A stretch of 63,573 nucleotides of DNA, the filler included, from Sluysia triapertura (lineage: Eukaryota), in assembly GCA_046118255.1 (NCBI GenBank). It is 5 parts of 5 records of this genome, joined end to end, with 100 filler letters (N's around TTAATTAATTAA, not from the genome) between each part and the next. Parts side by side here need not be neighbours in the genome. Positions count along the whole stretch, not along the records: positions 39,603 to 51,059 come from JBJNIA010184557.1; positions 51,160 to 63,573 come from JBJNIA010111979.1; 3 more parts are not named here. One strand, written 5' to 3'. The notes beneath the pieces are model-generated. The model made no database searches. It had not been told where the DNA came from and worked only from the letters and a program-made list of their open reading frames with translations. Each line of letters starts with the position of its first letter. Position 1 is the first letter of the stretch. Shown here one piece after another: positions 46,281 to 59,757 of the stretch. The translations under genes were made by a program, and so were the position numbers.

Positions 46281-46574
46281 CTAAATAAATACTCTAGCAA
46301 CAGAGAGAGCTCGTGTAAATGGAGAAATAACATGTGAAGTAACAAAATAAAACAAAATACCACACGTCATCGATATGGGAAGTGCTGGTAATGCTCTACC
46401 AAATACAGCCAATAAAATTATCGTTAGAAACATGCCAACCAATATAGCAACACCACATGCCAATACTGTGGTGGGATCAGAATCCAGAGTGGCACGACCA
46501 CCTAATAAACTGTAGAACACAAAATCACCAAGACCCAGTTTAACTCCACGATCGCCACGATCGATTATTTCATT
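46281..46574 (-). CDS. PSEN: Presenilin (gamma-secretase catalytic subunit), terminal exon encoding TM7-TM9
   Basis: After a ttttag acceptor: NEIIDRGDRGVKLGLGDFVFYSLLGGRA...RALPALPISMTCGILFYF...VFI*. It contains the catalytic GLGD and PAL motifs. Upstream exons were not identified. Confidence 0.92.
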   Translation of the reverse strand, partial: NEIIDRGDRGVKLGLGDFVFYSLLGGRATLDSDPTTVLACGVAILVGMFLTIILLAVFGRALPALPISMTCGILFYFVTSHVISPFTRALSVARVFI

Positions 46575-47605
46575 CTAAAACAATGCGAAAATCAAATATC
46601 CGTCATTATATTATCTATTTAGATTTGATATAATATCAAGTGAAAAAGTAAATAAACTTGTTATTTTATTACAATACTCTCAATTCAAATCACACATTTT
46701 ACAGCTTTCTTCGCTATCAATATGATATTTATAGAACTGTAATAATAATTTACTAATCATAATTTGCAAATAATTTACTTGAATAAAAGAAAATCCGAAA
46801 GATATTCACCATGTAACTGTTAGATTTTACTTTTATTCGCTTGATTATAAGTGTCCATGTTCACATAAATGTTCGTCCTTGTATTTTGTCCCCTTACCAT
46901 GTTTATTACCGTACTTATTTATAATTTTCAAAAGTATAAATAAGAAATTAATTTCAAAATAATAATCAATTAGAGCATAATGTATTTGGCATTCAGAATG
47001 AAAGAAATCTTAGCCTAGGTTTATAAATATTGAGGATTACAACAGACGTATACTCTGCTTTTTATAATTGTTATAAATTAATCAACTTTTTGATTATAGT
47101 AAATTTTTTCATTACGTTTAATTACTTTACTATAAATTGTATTCAAAATTATTGATTATAATAAATTGCACATTTTTATTCTAAATATAAATTGTATCAT
47201 TGAGGTATATATAATTATTATAAATTAACGACATTTTGATTACAATAAATTATAATTGTAATCGATTAACTTCCAAAATAATTTCGCTACACTGTGGAAT
47301 CATAACCAATTCAATTATATAATTTCAAACAATTCTTAATGTATAACTTTATTTTACCGGTTTTTAAGATCAGATTATGAAATACAGTGTTTTTTGTAGA
47401 TCCTGTTTAAAAAGAATCGAATAAAAAATCACATTTTAATCTTGCTGCAAAAGCGGAAAATAAATCTCATGCAGCAAACCTAGCCTAGTAAGTAATTAAC
47501 ATTATAAATACAACTTATAATAGGATAAGATACAATACAATCTAATTTCAAATAATTTGTTTTAAGACAAACTTCTTGAAAATCCTACTGTTAGACTTCA
47601 CAAAA

Positions 47606-47678
47606 TGGACTGATAGGGAATCGAACCCGGGCCTTCTCGCTGCGCAGTTCGATATTCTATCCACTGAACTATCAGCCC
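47606..47678 (-). tRNA. tRNA pseudogene or tRNA-derived repeat (73 nt; GCG at the anticodon position, anticodon and T stems broken)
   Basis: GGGCTGATAGTTCAGTGGATAGAATATCGAACTGCGCAGCGAGAAGGCCCGGGTTCGATTCCCTATCAGTCCA has a 7-bp acceptor stem, D arm, A box and B box (GGTTCGATTCCC), followed by TTTT. Confidence 0.7.
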
Positions 47679-50600
47679 CGTCTAACAATTTTAGATTATT
47701 ATAATCAAATGGCACTTTAGGCCTGTATCTCAACGTATCTCACCAAATTCAATTATGTTTGTGCTCAAACATCTTGTAAATCATTTATTTCAACATCAGA
47801 AGGGTATTCGATTTGTGGGCTCGCCAAATGTTAGACTTCATTAAAAGGCCGAGCCAATAATTACGCCCTGTTTGACTGAGTCCCAAAAGAGAAACCGCAG
47901 TGGTTGTCAATTAAAGAAATTTTATAAGATTCAAAAAACATTGAAAGATACCTCCTAATCATTTTCTCCAGAAAAAACACATGTGTTATTTATATTTTTA
48001 ATTTTACGAATCTTTTAATAAATATAAAGAAATTATATCGATGTAAGAATACAATTAACTTTTTGATACCTTCTGTTATTAACATCATCAACATCTACAA
48101 ACTTTTCGATCAGATAAAAACTTTTATACCTCTGTTAATAAGCATTGTACAGCAAATATTTATCTCATTTTCTCTACGAACTCTAATTCCACTCACAATA
48201 GGTTTAAAAGTGAGTTGAATATAAATGTGGCTACCCATATTTTTAATTTATACCCTCGACATCCATTTCTGTTTCTTAACGAGCTTGATTTCGACTGACG
48301 GTATGTGGCAGCTACGGGAGGGATCGTTAAATTAGCACTAATTCGCATTCCTGTTCAATGCTATATTCCGATTTAATAGGCATTGTAAAGTTCATATAGA
48401 AACATAGGAGTTCTCTACCTTTATTATATCGTTTCGCTCAATCCTCGTCTTGTTATAGATGCTCTAAAAATCCCTTTCCGATGGCTTAAAGGTATTATTA
48501 ATTTAAACAACCGCCGCCTAATTGACCATCCAGCGGTAGATTGGCTAGCTACAAATACTTTTATTAAAATTAAATATCTGAAAAAGGTTTTAATTTTAAA
48601 TTACAATGTCTTCTATTTTGAATATATGTTATTTTATTGTTTTGTAAGAATTAGTAAAAAATTCACTTTGTTTTTTTATTGTTATAGACTAGTGGTAACT
48701 TGAAACGATTTATAAAACTATAGAAAAATTTAAGAATAAATTCACTGCATAAATTAAGCAAATCTTTACAATAAGACTTCCTATTAAGCAATTAACTGTT
48801 TTGAAGAATACCGAATCAGAAATTGAATTATCCGATAAGTAGTGCAGCATACTCGGACTTTGTTTAAAATTACTTTGCCTTAGGTTAATAATAAGAAAAA
48901 CTGCATCAATTATTTTTGCATATATTCATTAACACGTTGAATTCCATGGTGGTCACTGTGACCGGCGAAACCAAGATTACTAGAAACACATTCTGAGCAA
49001 TTCATTTTGGCCAGACGGGCAAGCCATGTACAATTAACGTGGCATTCACATACTTTAATAATAATTCGATTTTCATTTGGCAATACTACTACTCTCAGGA
49101 ATAGAACAAAGTTACGAACAATAATTATGATAATAGTTACTAATAACAATAGCTTACAAAAGAAGAAGACTTTAATTTCTGCATGTTTTACTTAGAATTT
49201 AAGATTTAATTAAAAAAAACAAATTTGGGAAACCGACAATTACGCACACCAAATAGTTTGGAAGCTATTTAAATCTTCGAATTAGATAGTTTAATTTAAT
49301 AAATGCTTCAATTGATTAGTGAAATCTGATTTAGCATATTTCTTTCAGTTAAATCGATAAGCAATTTATTGATATGCTTTAGTGTTAATTAATTTCGGTC
49401 TAAAACAAGTTACAATTCTTTTTTGAAGTAAAACAGAATTATTTCAAATGTTACTTATTTTTACACTGAACGGACAGATTATTGGATCATAATCCATGAA
49501 CTGTAACGCAAACCCAAATTAAACTAACTTTATAACTTCACTATAATTTATAAAACGAAACCTAGTAATACTTTATTATGAAATAATTGAATTAAAATAA
49601 AATTACATGTAATAACAATGTAACAAGATATCATGTAATATACAGTGTAATAGCATGTGAGATATATCACGTAATAATGTATTGTGAACTCTTATTGCGT
49701 AATAAATGTGCCGAGATTAATTTTTTATTTATTACTTTATTTGAAGCTTTTCGGTTGTTAAAATTAGGACTAAGTGGTCCTATTGTACAATTTCCAAATG
49801 TGATAAAACCATATTTTAAACGGAAAAGAATGAAACACAATAGCTGATAGAAATGGAGTTTGGTACAATCATTTACACGATAAAACAATCCAGATATTTT
49901 TTGGGACATAAATAATCATCAACCAACCATAAATATGATAATGAAAATATCAATGAGAGAGAAAATATGTGCAATATTGATAAATCTAAGCATTAAAACT
50001 TATAATTGATCTTATGGTGGATGAATAAATCGCTGAATAATTATCAATGAAATGGATTCCAATAAAGAGAAATATCTCATGATCAAATTAAACAACGGAC
50101 AATTAAGTGATATAACATTAAAGAATCGAACAAAACTACTACTAGAGAATATTAAACAATATTTCTAAAATTATTAAACAACTCTTAGAAATTCCAAAAA
50201 TAGTTCTATTTCAATTTAATAATTTTATCTCTTTTTCTCAATTTTAAAAGTACATTTCTTTCTTGAACCATTCATACAACACTTCACAAAATCCTTAAAA
50301 CTATAAGTAGATCCCAGACTTACGACGAAGTAAACATTGTTTGTATTTAATTGGCAAAGTTGAGAAATTTGTACGTAAAATTAAACGTAAAAGTGTCAAC
50401 TCAATATTTACTGTAATTTTTACGCTTTATCATGACCGAAGAAGGTGCCTCTATAAACTTTATTTTGAACATAATATTTTAATTAATTCTTATAATTTCA
50501 AGTTTAGAAGTAATCAATAATTTAAATTGTTTAATAGTCACAATTGAATTTTATTAAGGATTTTTGAATTTTGAATGTATCATCGAAAGCGAAATGTATT

Positions 50601-52199
50601 TAATTACGTACAGAGTGATGTAGACTGATGGTGGATCCTTATCTCAGTACATGGAAACTCTAGAATATTGCGCAATTTTTAAATTAAACGACATGAAGAG
50701 AATAAAAAGTGATCGTTATATATTATTATTTTGATATTAATAATATATAAAAATATACAATATAATAAATTGCTTGATTAAAATGACAAAAGCTTTAGAC
50801 AAGCAAAAATCGTTGTCATTTCATTATAAACCCAAGCGGGCAATAATTACTGAAAGACTGTTTTTAGTTTCAAATTAAGAACAAATCGTCCAATCAATAA
50901 TGAAGCACAAAAAAGAAATATGGAGGGCTGTTGTTTATTATTATGATTAAAGTTGATTGGAGTAGGTATTTTAATAGATGGCTTGAGTAGAGTCAAGCTG
51001 TTCGCAACTTTCTGACACTTAAGGTTGACTGAATCAACTGCATTAATGTATTTAAGATANNNNNNNNNNNNNNNNNNNNNNNNNNNNNNNNNNNNNNNNN
51101 NNNTTAATTAATTAANNNNNNNNNNNNNNNNNNNNNNNNNNNNNNNNNNNNNNNNNNNNCTTATCGATATTTCAAGAATACTTAAAGGTTACTAAGGTCT
51201 TCAATGATCCAAAGGTTCTAAAGTTCAAAGGTACCTAAATGCTTCTAAAGGTTTTTTAAGTCCATCTCAAGCTTCCATAAGGTCTCAGACCCTTATATAG
51301 GTCTTTGGAATCTTAAGATATTCTTTAGCTGTTAGGATCATTATAAATGTTTTCTCTATCATAATTCTTATTTCAACAATGTTTATAATGTTTAATCCAT
51401 CACTTGTACCAGTTTTTTCCCTCATTTTATGATTTTTCTTATGTTCATTCCTCTCCAGATCCTCAGTTGGGCAATCCCAACAATACAATCACATCTTACA
51501 ATATCTAATACTCATTTTAAAATCAATTCAAAACACTTTTAGTTCATAATTTTTAACATTTAATTAAGTTCATGGCGAAAAAAATAAATACTTGATTCAA
51601 AATTATTTTAACACCAATCAAAACCGAACTCCTTTCAATATGTGTAAGTGTTTGTTACTATCCTTACACTTCTCCTTAGGCTTTTAAAAGAATGCTAGCT
51701 ATAGTATTTTAAATATTTCAAGAAACAAGATAAAATAAAAGACACATCATGTTTTCAAGAAAAAACAAAGATTTATGTTTTTTATTAAACATATTTTACT
51801 TTATTATAATCATTATTTTGTCTATTTATTATAATTATTATGATTATTTATACTTTTTAATTAAAACATTACTTTGTGGTTACCACCACTAGATATAATG
51901 TCATTCTCTCGACATCATTCAATGCATGCTACTACTCTAAATACTGGACGTCCAATCATGTCTTATCAATTTTACTTCACTATCCTATCTATCTAATGTG
52001 ATTGCACGTCCTACCAACATTAACAGCATCTTATTAAAAATTAGTGTTAGAATTAATTAAAAGTTTAAAAAACTTCAGGACAACGTAACAAATTAACGGA
52101 GAAATCATAAATAAGAATTATCAAAAATTTGGTAAGATATTGAGCTTAAATAAAAGGTGAAATAAAAAACAAATTTTGAGACAATATTGAGGAATAATC

Positions 52200-53070
52200 T
52201 GTAATGTATATTAAAAGTATAGTAGTCATGAACAAGACTGCTATAGACAGAACTTCTAATATTCTGATTCATGTGTTATTCAATTTTGCTGGCAGAAATT
52301 ATAATGCTAATTTAACACAATTCAGAATCACTATACTTGTAAACAAAAGTAATATATTTCAATGTGTTAAATATCAGAATAACAATCTCGTAAATGTAAA
52401 AATCGTTTGGGTAAACTTACAAAAGAAAAATTAGTTTTAGACTGTATACTTCAAAAATCAAAAGTAGTATCATCAATGTTTCAAATTTTTTGCATAATCT
52501 ATTTATTGAATGTATTTATTACGTTGTTACAACCAAATGGGTTCACAATGATTTGTAAAAGTTACATAATATTGATGTCCTCAAGTTCAATTCAGATATA
52601 TCTTTTCGTATACAAAATTTTAAAGCAAGATAAAATTATATATACATTAGTTAAAAAAGTTGACATTCAGATTGTTAAGTCCTATATGAACACAATTCCA
52701 ATGCTTTATAAATCGTCTATAACAAATACCTTAGATATTGATACAATCGTTTTCGAATAATGTATTAACAGTAAAGACAGAGTTATCAAATGATAGATCA
52801 ACATTTGGTGAGTTTAGCAATTACTAGATCGATGACGAACTGTTTAATCATAAAAAACAAAATGAAGTAAATGATAATGAAATTTACAATATGGGTATTT
52901 GTTTGTATCAAGCTAATATATCTGGAAAATGTTCAAAATATGGCAATCATTGTAAATATTGCCATACGATCTATGAATGTAAAGAGTTTAATAATCACCG
53001 GACAGATTTGGGTACCCATACCGACAGAATAAATTCGCTATTAGAAACATTAGGAATTCGTTGAAACATA
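52200..53070 (+). mobile_element. Possible decayed LINE 3' end
   Basis: GKCSKYGNHCKYCHTIYECKEFNNHR resembles the C-terminal CCHC knuckle of non-LTR ORF2. Upstream frames are broken. Confidence 0.35.
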
Positions 53071-55293
53071 TCAAATTCGTCAAAAGATATAATTGTCATC
53101 AACAATTTTAACTCCATTACTATTCGACCTAAATCAATAAAACAAAATAACCATTGGGTAAATTTATATTTTATTGTGATTTATTATTATTTAAGTAGAA
53201 TTTTATATTTATATTTTTTTAGTGATATGTATGAACAACCCATGAGACATACTCGAAAATTATACAAAGTATATGTTAAAAAAATTAGTTTTTATATTAG
53301 TATTAAAAAAATATATGTCTTTATTGTCAATTTTTGTTTTTTTCGAACTTTCGCAAGTTTCAAATTTAATCTAAAAAAATGTTTTAAAAGGTACGAATTC
53401 TATAATAATTTACGATTTTCAACACCTCTTAGAAAATTTAAATTAAATTTGTCAATAACTAACAAAAAAGAACCAATTAATTATAACAATTATGAATTCA
53501 AAAACATAACTTCACAAAATCCTTATTTAATCCTCTAAAACAATATGTAACATGACTTGCTTAAGCCTGAGAAACTTGCAGAAATACGAGTGGAACCAAT
53601 TGGTGCCAGCGGCGGTGAAAGGGTTAATACTGATATTGTTCAAAATTAAAATTACATTATTTTGGATATTGTTTAAAATTGATTAAATAATCATGTGAAC
53701 CCTGAATTTTTAATCATTAGCTTGAGTATATATATAAATGTGGTTGTTCAAAAACAAACATTAAAACGTTTTTATACATCATTTTTACGAATCTAATATA
53801 AGCTTTGAAGATGGATGATTACCGAGATTAGATATTGACAGATTAAATATTGAATTCGATATAATCAGCTTAACAAATTGTACAGAATCAACTTTTCTTG
53901 AAGGAATATCATTGTCATTTATTCTTAAATATTATTAGTTTTTACTATTTTTATAACGATTTTATAAAGTTAATAAAATCAACTTAAAATTATTTTATAA
54001 ATATTGAAATCTTTTAATTTGATCTTACAATATTGTATATTAAAATCATTAGTCAGCACAACCGAATTCACTCAGTACTCTTAATAATTCTAGAAAATCG
54101 TTTAGTATAAGCTTTATTTATTGAGATTGTCAAGACATAAATTGAATTTAATTTGTATGAACAATAATTTTTTTTGAAAGCTGAATATTGTATTAAATGT
54201 TTTTAATTGCATTGTTAGTTTTTGTAAATTAAATATTTTATCGTTAATCAAAATTAATAGTTTATCGATCTTTTTAAACGGATAGATAATAAAATTTTAT
54301 AAATTTAGATAGTTATAACTTTTGTAAAATTAATTAAAATTAACTAACCTTTATGTTTACATAGAACCTGATTAAAATATTGAATATAAATTTAAACTGC
54401 TTAATCAATAATCTTTAAGTAAAGAATTAAGTCCAAATAGTTATGTTAGGTTGCCATCACAACCCTTAAAATTATAAAAAATATATTGTTAGAATTTAAC
54501 TAGAAGACAATTACAGAAGACACTTTAGAATTTAACTGGATCCACAATCTTTCCATGCTACCGGTAACTTGTTTTTGATAAGCTGTTTTTATTTCCCAGG
54601 AGGAGATAAAAATAACAAATTAAACTTAAAATAATTATTTTAATCATTTTTCTTCCTCGATTTACTGAGAGGAATTTTTCACTAAAATCTTTAAATTTAA
54701 AATAATCAAATATTTATTAAAAAATTTTGATTTTTAAATTATCTTTTTATTAATATTATTATTATTGTCTTAATTAATATTACTGTATAGTTTAGTAATA
54801 AAAATTACGTTTTTAGTTATTTTTTAGTAAAGTATAAAATCTTTGACCCTCTAGATAGTATAAGTAAAATAAGATAAACATAATTTGTATACTTATAAGC
54901 TATAGAAGTGCCAACTAATAGTTATAAGACGCTTACTATAGCTGGACCCTGCTCAATTTTATTTTAAGAAAACCACAGCAAAATTCATCATTAAGCCTTA
55001 AGTGAATAAAATAATGAATTTAAATTAATAAAGTTGAGCTTTGTTTCAATAATCTGTGGTTATTGAATAATAATAATTCACGATCCTTTTGGAATAAGAA
55101 AACAATATCACTTTGAAGATAATAGATTATTGTGTCAAGAAACTTCTATAGAGATAAATTTTGATAAATTGATTTGAATGAAGCTCGAAAATCAATTAAT
55201 TTAAAATTTATAATAAATAATTAGACTAAAAATTGTAAAACCTCTTATGATAGTTTTATGTGTGAGCTAATTAATAATTCATCAATATTAATG

Positions 55294-55429
55294 CACCTAT
55301 CCCCCGATTTACACGGTAGATACGTTCCTGAGAAAAACGAGTAAATCGAAAATTAAAAATTTTCAAATGCGATAAAAACAAAAAAACCTTATTTGGAAAA
55401 CGAGTACCGTGTAAATCGGGGGATAGGTG
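55294..55429. mobile_element. 136-bp Tc1/mariner(pogo)-type MITE with 25-bp perfect TIRs
   Basis: cacctatcccccgatttacacggta ... taccgtgtaaatcgggggataggtg, with TA on the right flank and TG on the left. Confidence 0.85.
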
Positions 55430-56894
55430 TATTAGTAATTATTGAACTACTAATAAGTTTCTAAATTATTAATAAATTTTTTATTTTCTTTTTTGTAAAA
55501 TTATTAACCATTAAATAATTTTACTAATAATTACATAAATTATAAATTAAAACATTATATATAAAAACCAATATTGGCATACATATTTAATCCAAAATTA
55601 ACTTTATTGCGTAATCGTGTATTACGTTACTAATAATAATGTAGTGTATTACTGACATCACTTTCCAATCGGGAAAATTAGTCCTTTCTTTTCATAACAA
55701 ACAAAAATATTGATATTAATCATTAAAATTGTCAACATAAAATTTTTTCCAAAGTTCAAAATATTGTGCAAAGTAGCATTAGAGTTATAATACTCATCAT
55801 CAGATAAATCACCGCCGAGTATTCCATATTCTTCCATGTCTTTGGCATTGGTCAAATTTACAGTCGGTAAACCATTGTCTGTTTGCGGTTTTTACTTCTT
55901 TGTTTTTACATCTTCGGTGATTGTCTTTGATGTACTTGATTAATCATTATGCTTATGTTTATATGCAAAAAAAGGTATAGGTTTTGCGAATTTATATATA
56001 AAAAACTAATATTTACATACATAATTACATGATTTTAATTAAATAATATCGCATATCAATATTCATATTATAATAAAAAAATTAATACATTATTACGTTA
56101 TCACGTTACTAAATTAATGTGAACAAAATAAGTTTGTTATTTCTTTGATACCAGTTTTGCAAGGTGCTTATATAGAAACCTCTGCAAATAATATCACATT
56201 CCATTCAATTTTACATCTTATATTTTGATAGTCAAAGCCTCAAAATCTGTACATCTTAAACATATTAACATGAAAAGTCACGGTTTATATATCAAAGTTT
56301 TAATAGTAGAGATTTAAGCTAGAAGACCTGTCATTATGAGCTACTAGAATGATATTAATAGAACACTATCTTCTAATTTTGTGCTTTTCGTTATTTTCAA
56401 TAAGGTTAAAAAAGTGTTCCATAATTCAGTTGATTCTCAAAATATCGAGAATTGTAATTTGTAAAAACCTAGTAGAGATAATGCCTTGTCAAAGGTTTTT
56501 CAGTGAAAATTGTAATCCCGGATCGATATTTTTGGTGACATTATGAACCTTAGATTTTGACTTATTATCTGAACAATTAAATCGATTAAAAGGAAAAAAT
56601 CTGTTAACTTACGATAACACAAAACCACATACTTCAGTTGAAACCAAAGATAAAGTTACATATATCAATATTTATGAAGTTTTACCTCACTGAGTTTATA
56701 TTCTATTTTTTTCGCTATCGGTTTAGCATTTATTCGGGTCGATAACGTATTTTCTTCCTGGTCAATAGTTCATTTCTTTTGATCAAGTGTAAGGAATATT
56801 TTTTTTCATATTTTATTTTAAAAACTTAGGTTAAATACATAACAATTAATAAATTGATAAACATTCTACCTGATTTATAATGTGCTTAGATTGT

Positions 56895-57102
56895 TTAACC
56901 CTTAAATGCCCATGTTAACTCTTATCATCTAATTTGATAAATACTCGTTGACAAGTAATAATATAATAAGATTTAGATTGCTTAAATCTCTAACTGCAAA
57001 TAGCTCGTGAAAACTTTGCCCAAATGTACAAATGAACAAGTTAATATCAAATTTGTATGCCTAGAGTCACCAAGAAAGCTCCCATTGGATATTAAAGGTT
57101 AA
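56895..57102. mobile_element. TTAA-flanked (piggyBac-type) MITE
   Basis: TTAA-cccttaaatgccca ... tggatattaaagg-TTAA. Confidence 0.55.
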
Positions 57103-58467
57103 TGAAGTTGAAAACAAATTTAATATTAAAATTTATGTAAAATTATTTGTAAAATGACTTTAAAATATTAATTAACTGAAAGTAAATAATCATAAAGAAG
57201 TGTAGAGTTGAAAACTGATTTATAAATGTCAAAATTATTGGTAATAACCAATTATCTTTGACATTTAATTTTTAAAATAAACTGTTTCATAAATATAATT
57301 ATGAAACGAGTTTATATGTCTACTCTATCAAATTGATACTAGAAATTATATTTAGCACTTTTTTTGTTTTTTATTTTTCAATAATTTATTTATAAATATT
57401 CATTATATGGGTAATAAATCAATTATTTATTATAATCATTTACCATCACTTTATGTTTAATTAATAGCTATTATGAATATACGTTGCAGAAAAACAAAAA
57501 ATTATTTGTAATTAAATAGCATAAGAATCTATTATTGATTATCTAAATTGTTTCAAAGTGTACACATCAACGGATTATATATATCTGAATAAAATGTGAC
57601 GATTTAGCAAGTTAAAAAATTGAAATGTACAAAGATTTAGACAAACATTTCTTATTTATTTAAACTTTAGTAAAAATTTTGAAATATTTGAAATATGTGT
57701 TCAATAGATTTTGTGTAAATATCGTTGATGATATTTTAGTTATTTAAAAATTTGTTTAATTATAGAATTATATATATTATTCTGGAAAATTTTTATCATT
57801 TTTTTCTATGGAAATTATTATTATTACTAGTAATATTTTATATGAGTGTAAGCTTTTCTTCTGTACCATTACAACTTCAAATTAGGGTCAAAACATTTAA
57901 ATTAGAAAAGAATCCGCTTAAGTCATATCAATTCTGTCTTCACCGATTAAATATCTTTCAATAACAGCTTTTATTTTTGATCAAGCATATTTAATAACAT
58001 GAAACACTGGTCTGCATGGTCCGAATATTAGCAATCCATGATCAATAAATTAATTTTCTTGAAACATTCAATGTGCGTAAATCTTTTTACCCCTAGTTTA
58101 ACGGCAAGCGATCTCTAGTTTCAATATTTATTAATATTATATGCTTCTAATTGTTTGAGTCGTTTTTATTATATAAATAATGGTGTTATGTACACTTTAC
58201 AATAACAGAATATTCAATTTATGTTTTTCGCCACATATTGTTGGGCCTAAAGTGCCATGTAGAATTATAATAATAATATTGACTATAACAAATAAAATTT
58301 TTAGACGGGGCTAATAGCATTAGATCCCCGGTCAATCACTTTTTATTCTTCTTTTGTAATTGTTTAACTGTAAAAAGGTATAATATCCAAAAGATTAATG
58401 GATATAATTTAGATAAATTGTAACAATCATCAATTACATTTGTACACAAAATTATTCATCAACTTAC

Positions 58468-58557
58468 TGACTGAATATGCCATCAAGTCTTGACCTTTCA
58501 CTACATTTCTAAAACTCGAAATTATTTTGAAGTGCTGAAGTAATTCAGACATTTTTC
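58468..58557 (-). CDS. Candidate 90-nt exon (KMSELLQHFKIISSFRNVVKGQDLMAYSV), gene unassigned
   Basis: ttttacatag acceptor, gtaagt donor and an open frame. Possibly a 5' exon of the presenilin (unproven). Confidence 0.4.
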
Positions 58558-59175
58558 CTATGTAAAATATACAGAATATCTTTAAATATAATAAAATACA
58601 ATGAATATAAATGTAAGCAAATAAAAACATCTAAAGCATGAAAAACTTTTTAAAACTTATTATTATCAAATTAAAAAAAATTTAATATATTATGTCTCTT
58701 TATATAATTGTAACATAATATTCATTAATTTGTAAAATCTAATTTAAATTTATTTAAAATAAATAATTATTTTTAAAGAAAAAGTGAAATCATAATGCTT
58801 TATGTTAAGTTAAAATGAGCTTTAATAGAGTTAATATAAATTTTAATGACAAATTATTTAAATAAAAGCAATATTTATGACTAATCATTGTTTATAAAAC
58901 TATCAATCGGTGAAACTGTTATTATGCAGTTATTTGATTAATAAATCAGTGAATCTATAATTGTAATTGTAATTATTATTATAACTACACATTGTTTATT
59001 TGATTAATAAATATCATTACAATTAATAATTGCCATTAATCGGTAAATCTATATCATCATTATTTATTGAATTGTTGTTGATAATTATTGCCGAAATTAT
59101 TGTTATAATATGACACGATTATGGAATAAAAATAGTATAAAAGTGGTAGAAATTTAATATTCAAATACACAATAA

Positions 59176-59757
59176 CTATCGTCTGAACTATCCACGAGAT
59201 TAAATAACAACCACAACAATAGTCTTATAAACAATAAAGAAATACAAGAGAACACAACCTACCAGATTCAATATTCATTTACTCATCAATTATTGTTAAA
59301 TTATCTACGAGATTTGGGACACTTTGATAAAATAACAACTAACATTTTTATATTGGAGTTACCTGACAATAAACAAGTAAGTGATAAATATTGCCGGATA
59401 TTAAAATATATAATATTTTTGTCATTAAATTGTAACGATTTAATAATAATTAAAGTATATAATTTACCCATTCATTTTCGTTATTTGATTAATAAACTTT
59501 TGTTTTGTGAGTTAAATTTGTTGTCTTTATAAATTTTGTTAATTGAATTAAAAAAAGGAGCAGAACCTCAAGAAAGATTTAATTATTGATTTTCTGGCAA
59601 ACGATTACAGTAAAGTATAGATTTTAACGAGTGAAATCAAATTCAATTTTGAAATGCAAATTTATTTTAGTGTTTCCATTCCAGGTTATCGGAAGAAGTA
59701 TTTGATTTCACGCTTCTGGATAGATCAATTACTATTAACTTAAACAAATACCTTTAA
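59176..59757 (+). CDS. Candidate unknown spliced gene: exons ..59376, 59558-59608, 59671-59757
   Basis: Phase-0 joins give ...YSFTHQLLLNYLRDLGHFDKITTNIFILELPDNKQ|EQNLKKDLIIDFWQTIT|CFHSRLSEEVFDFTLLDRSITINLNKYL*. Donors are gtaagt and gtaaag. One acceptor is A-rich and the 5' end is unresolved. Confidence 0.35.

Noticed and set aside
49667-49986. Hydrophobic minus-strand stretch as a presenilin TM5-6 exon
   Set aside because: No YD/WD...GPL motif in a consistent frame, and stops are present.
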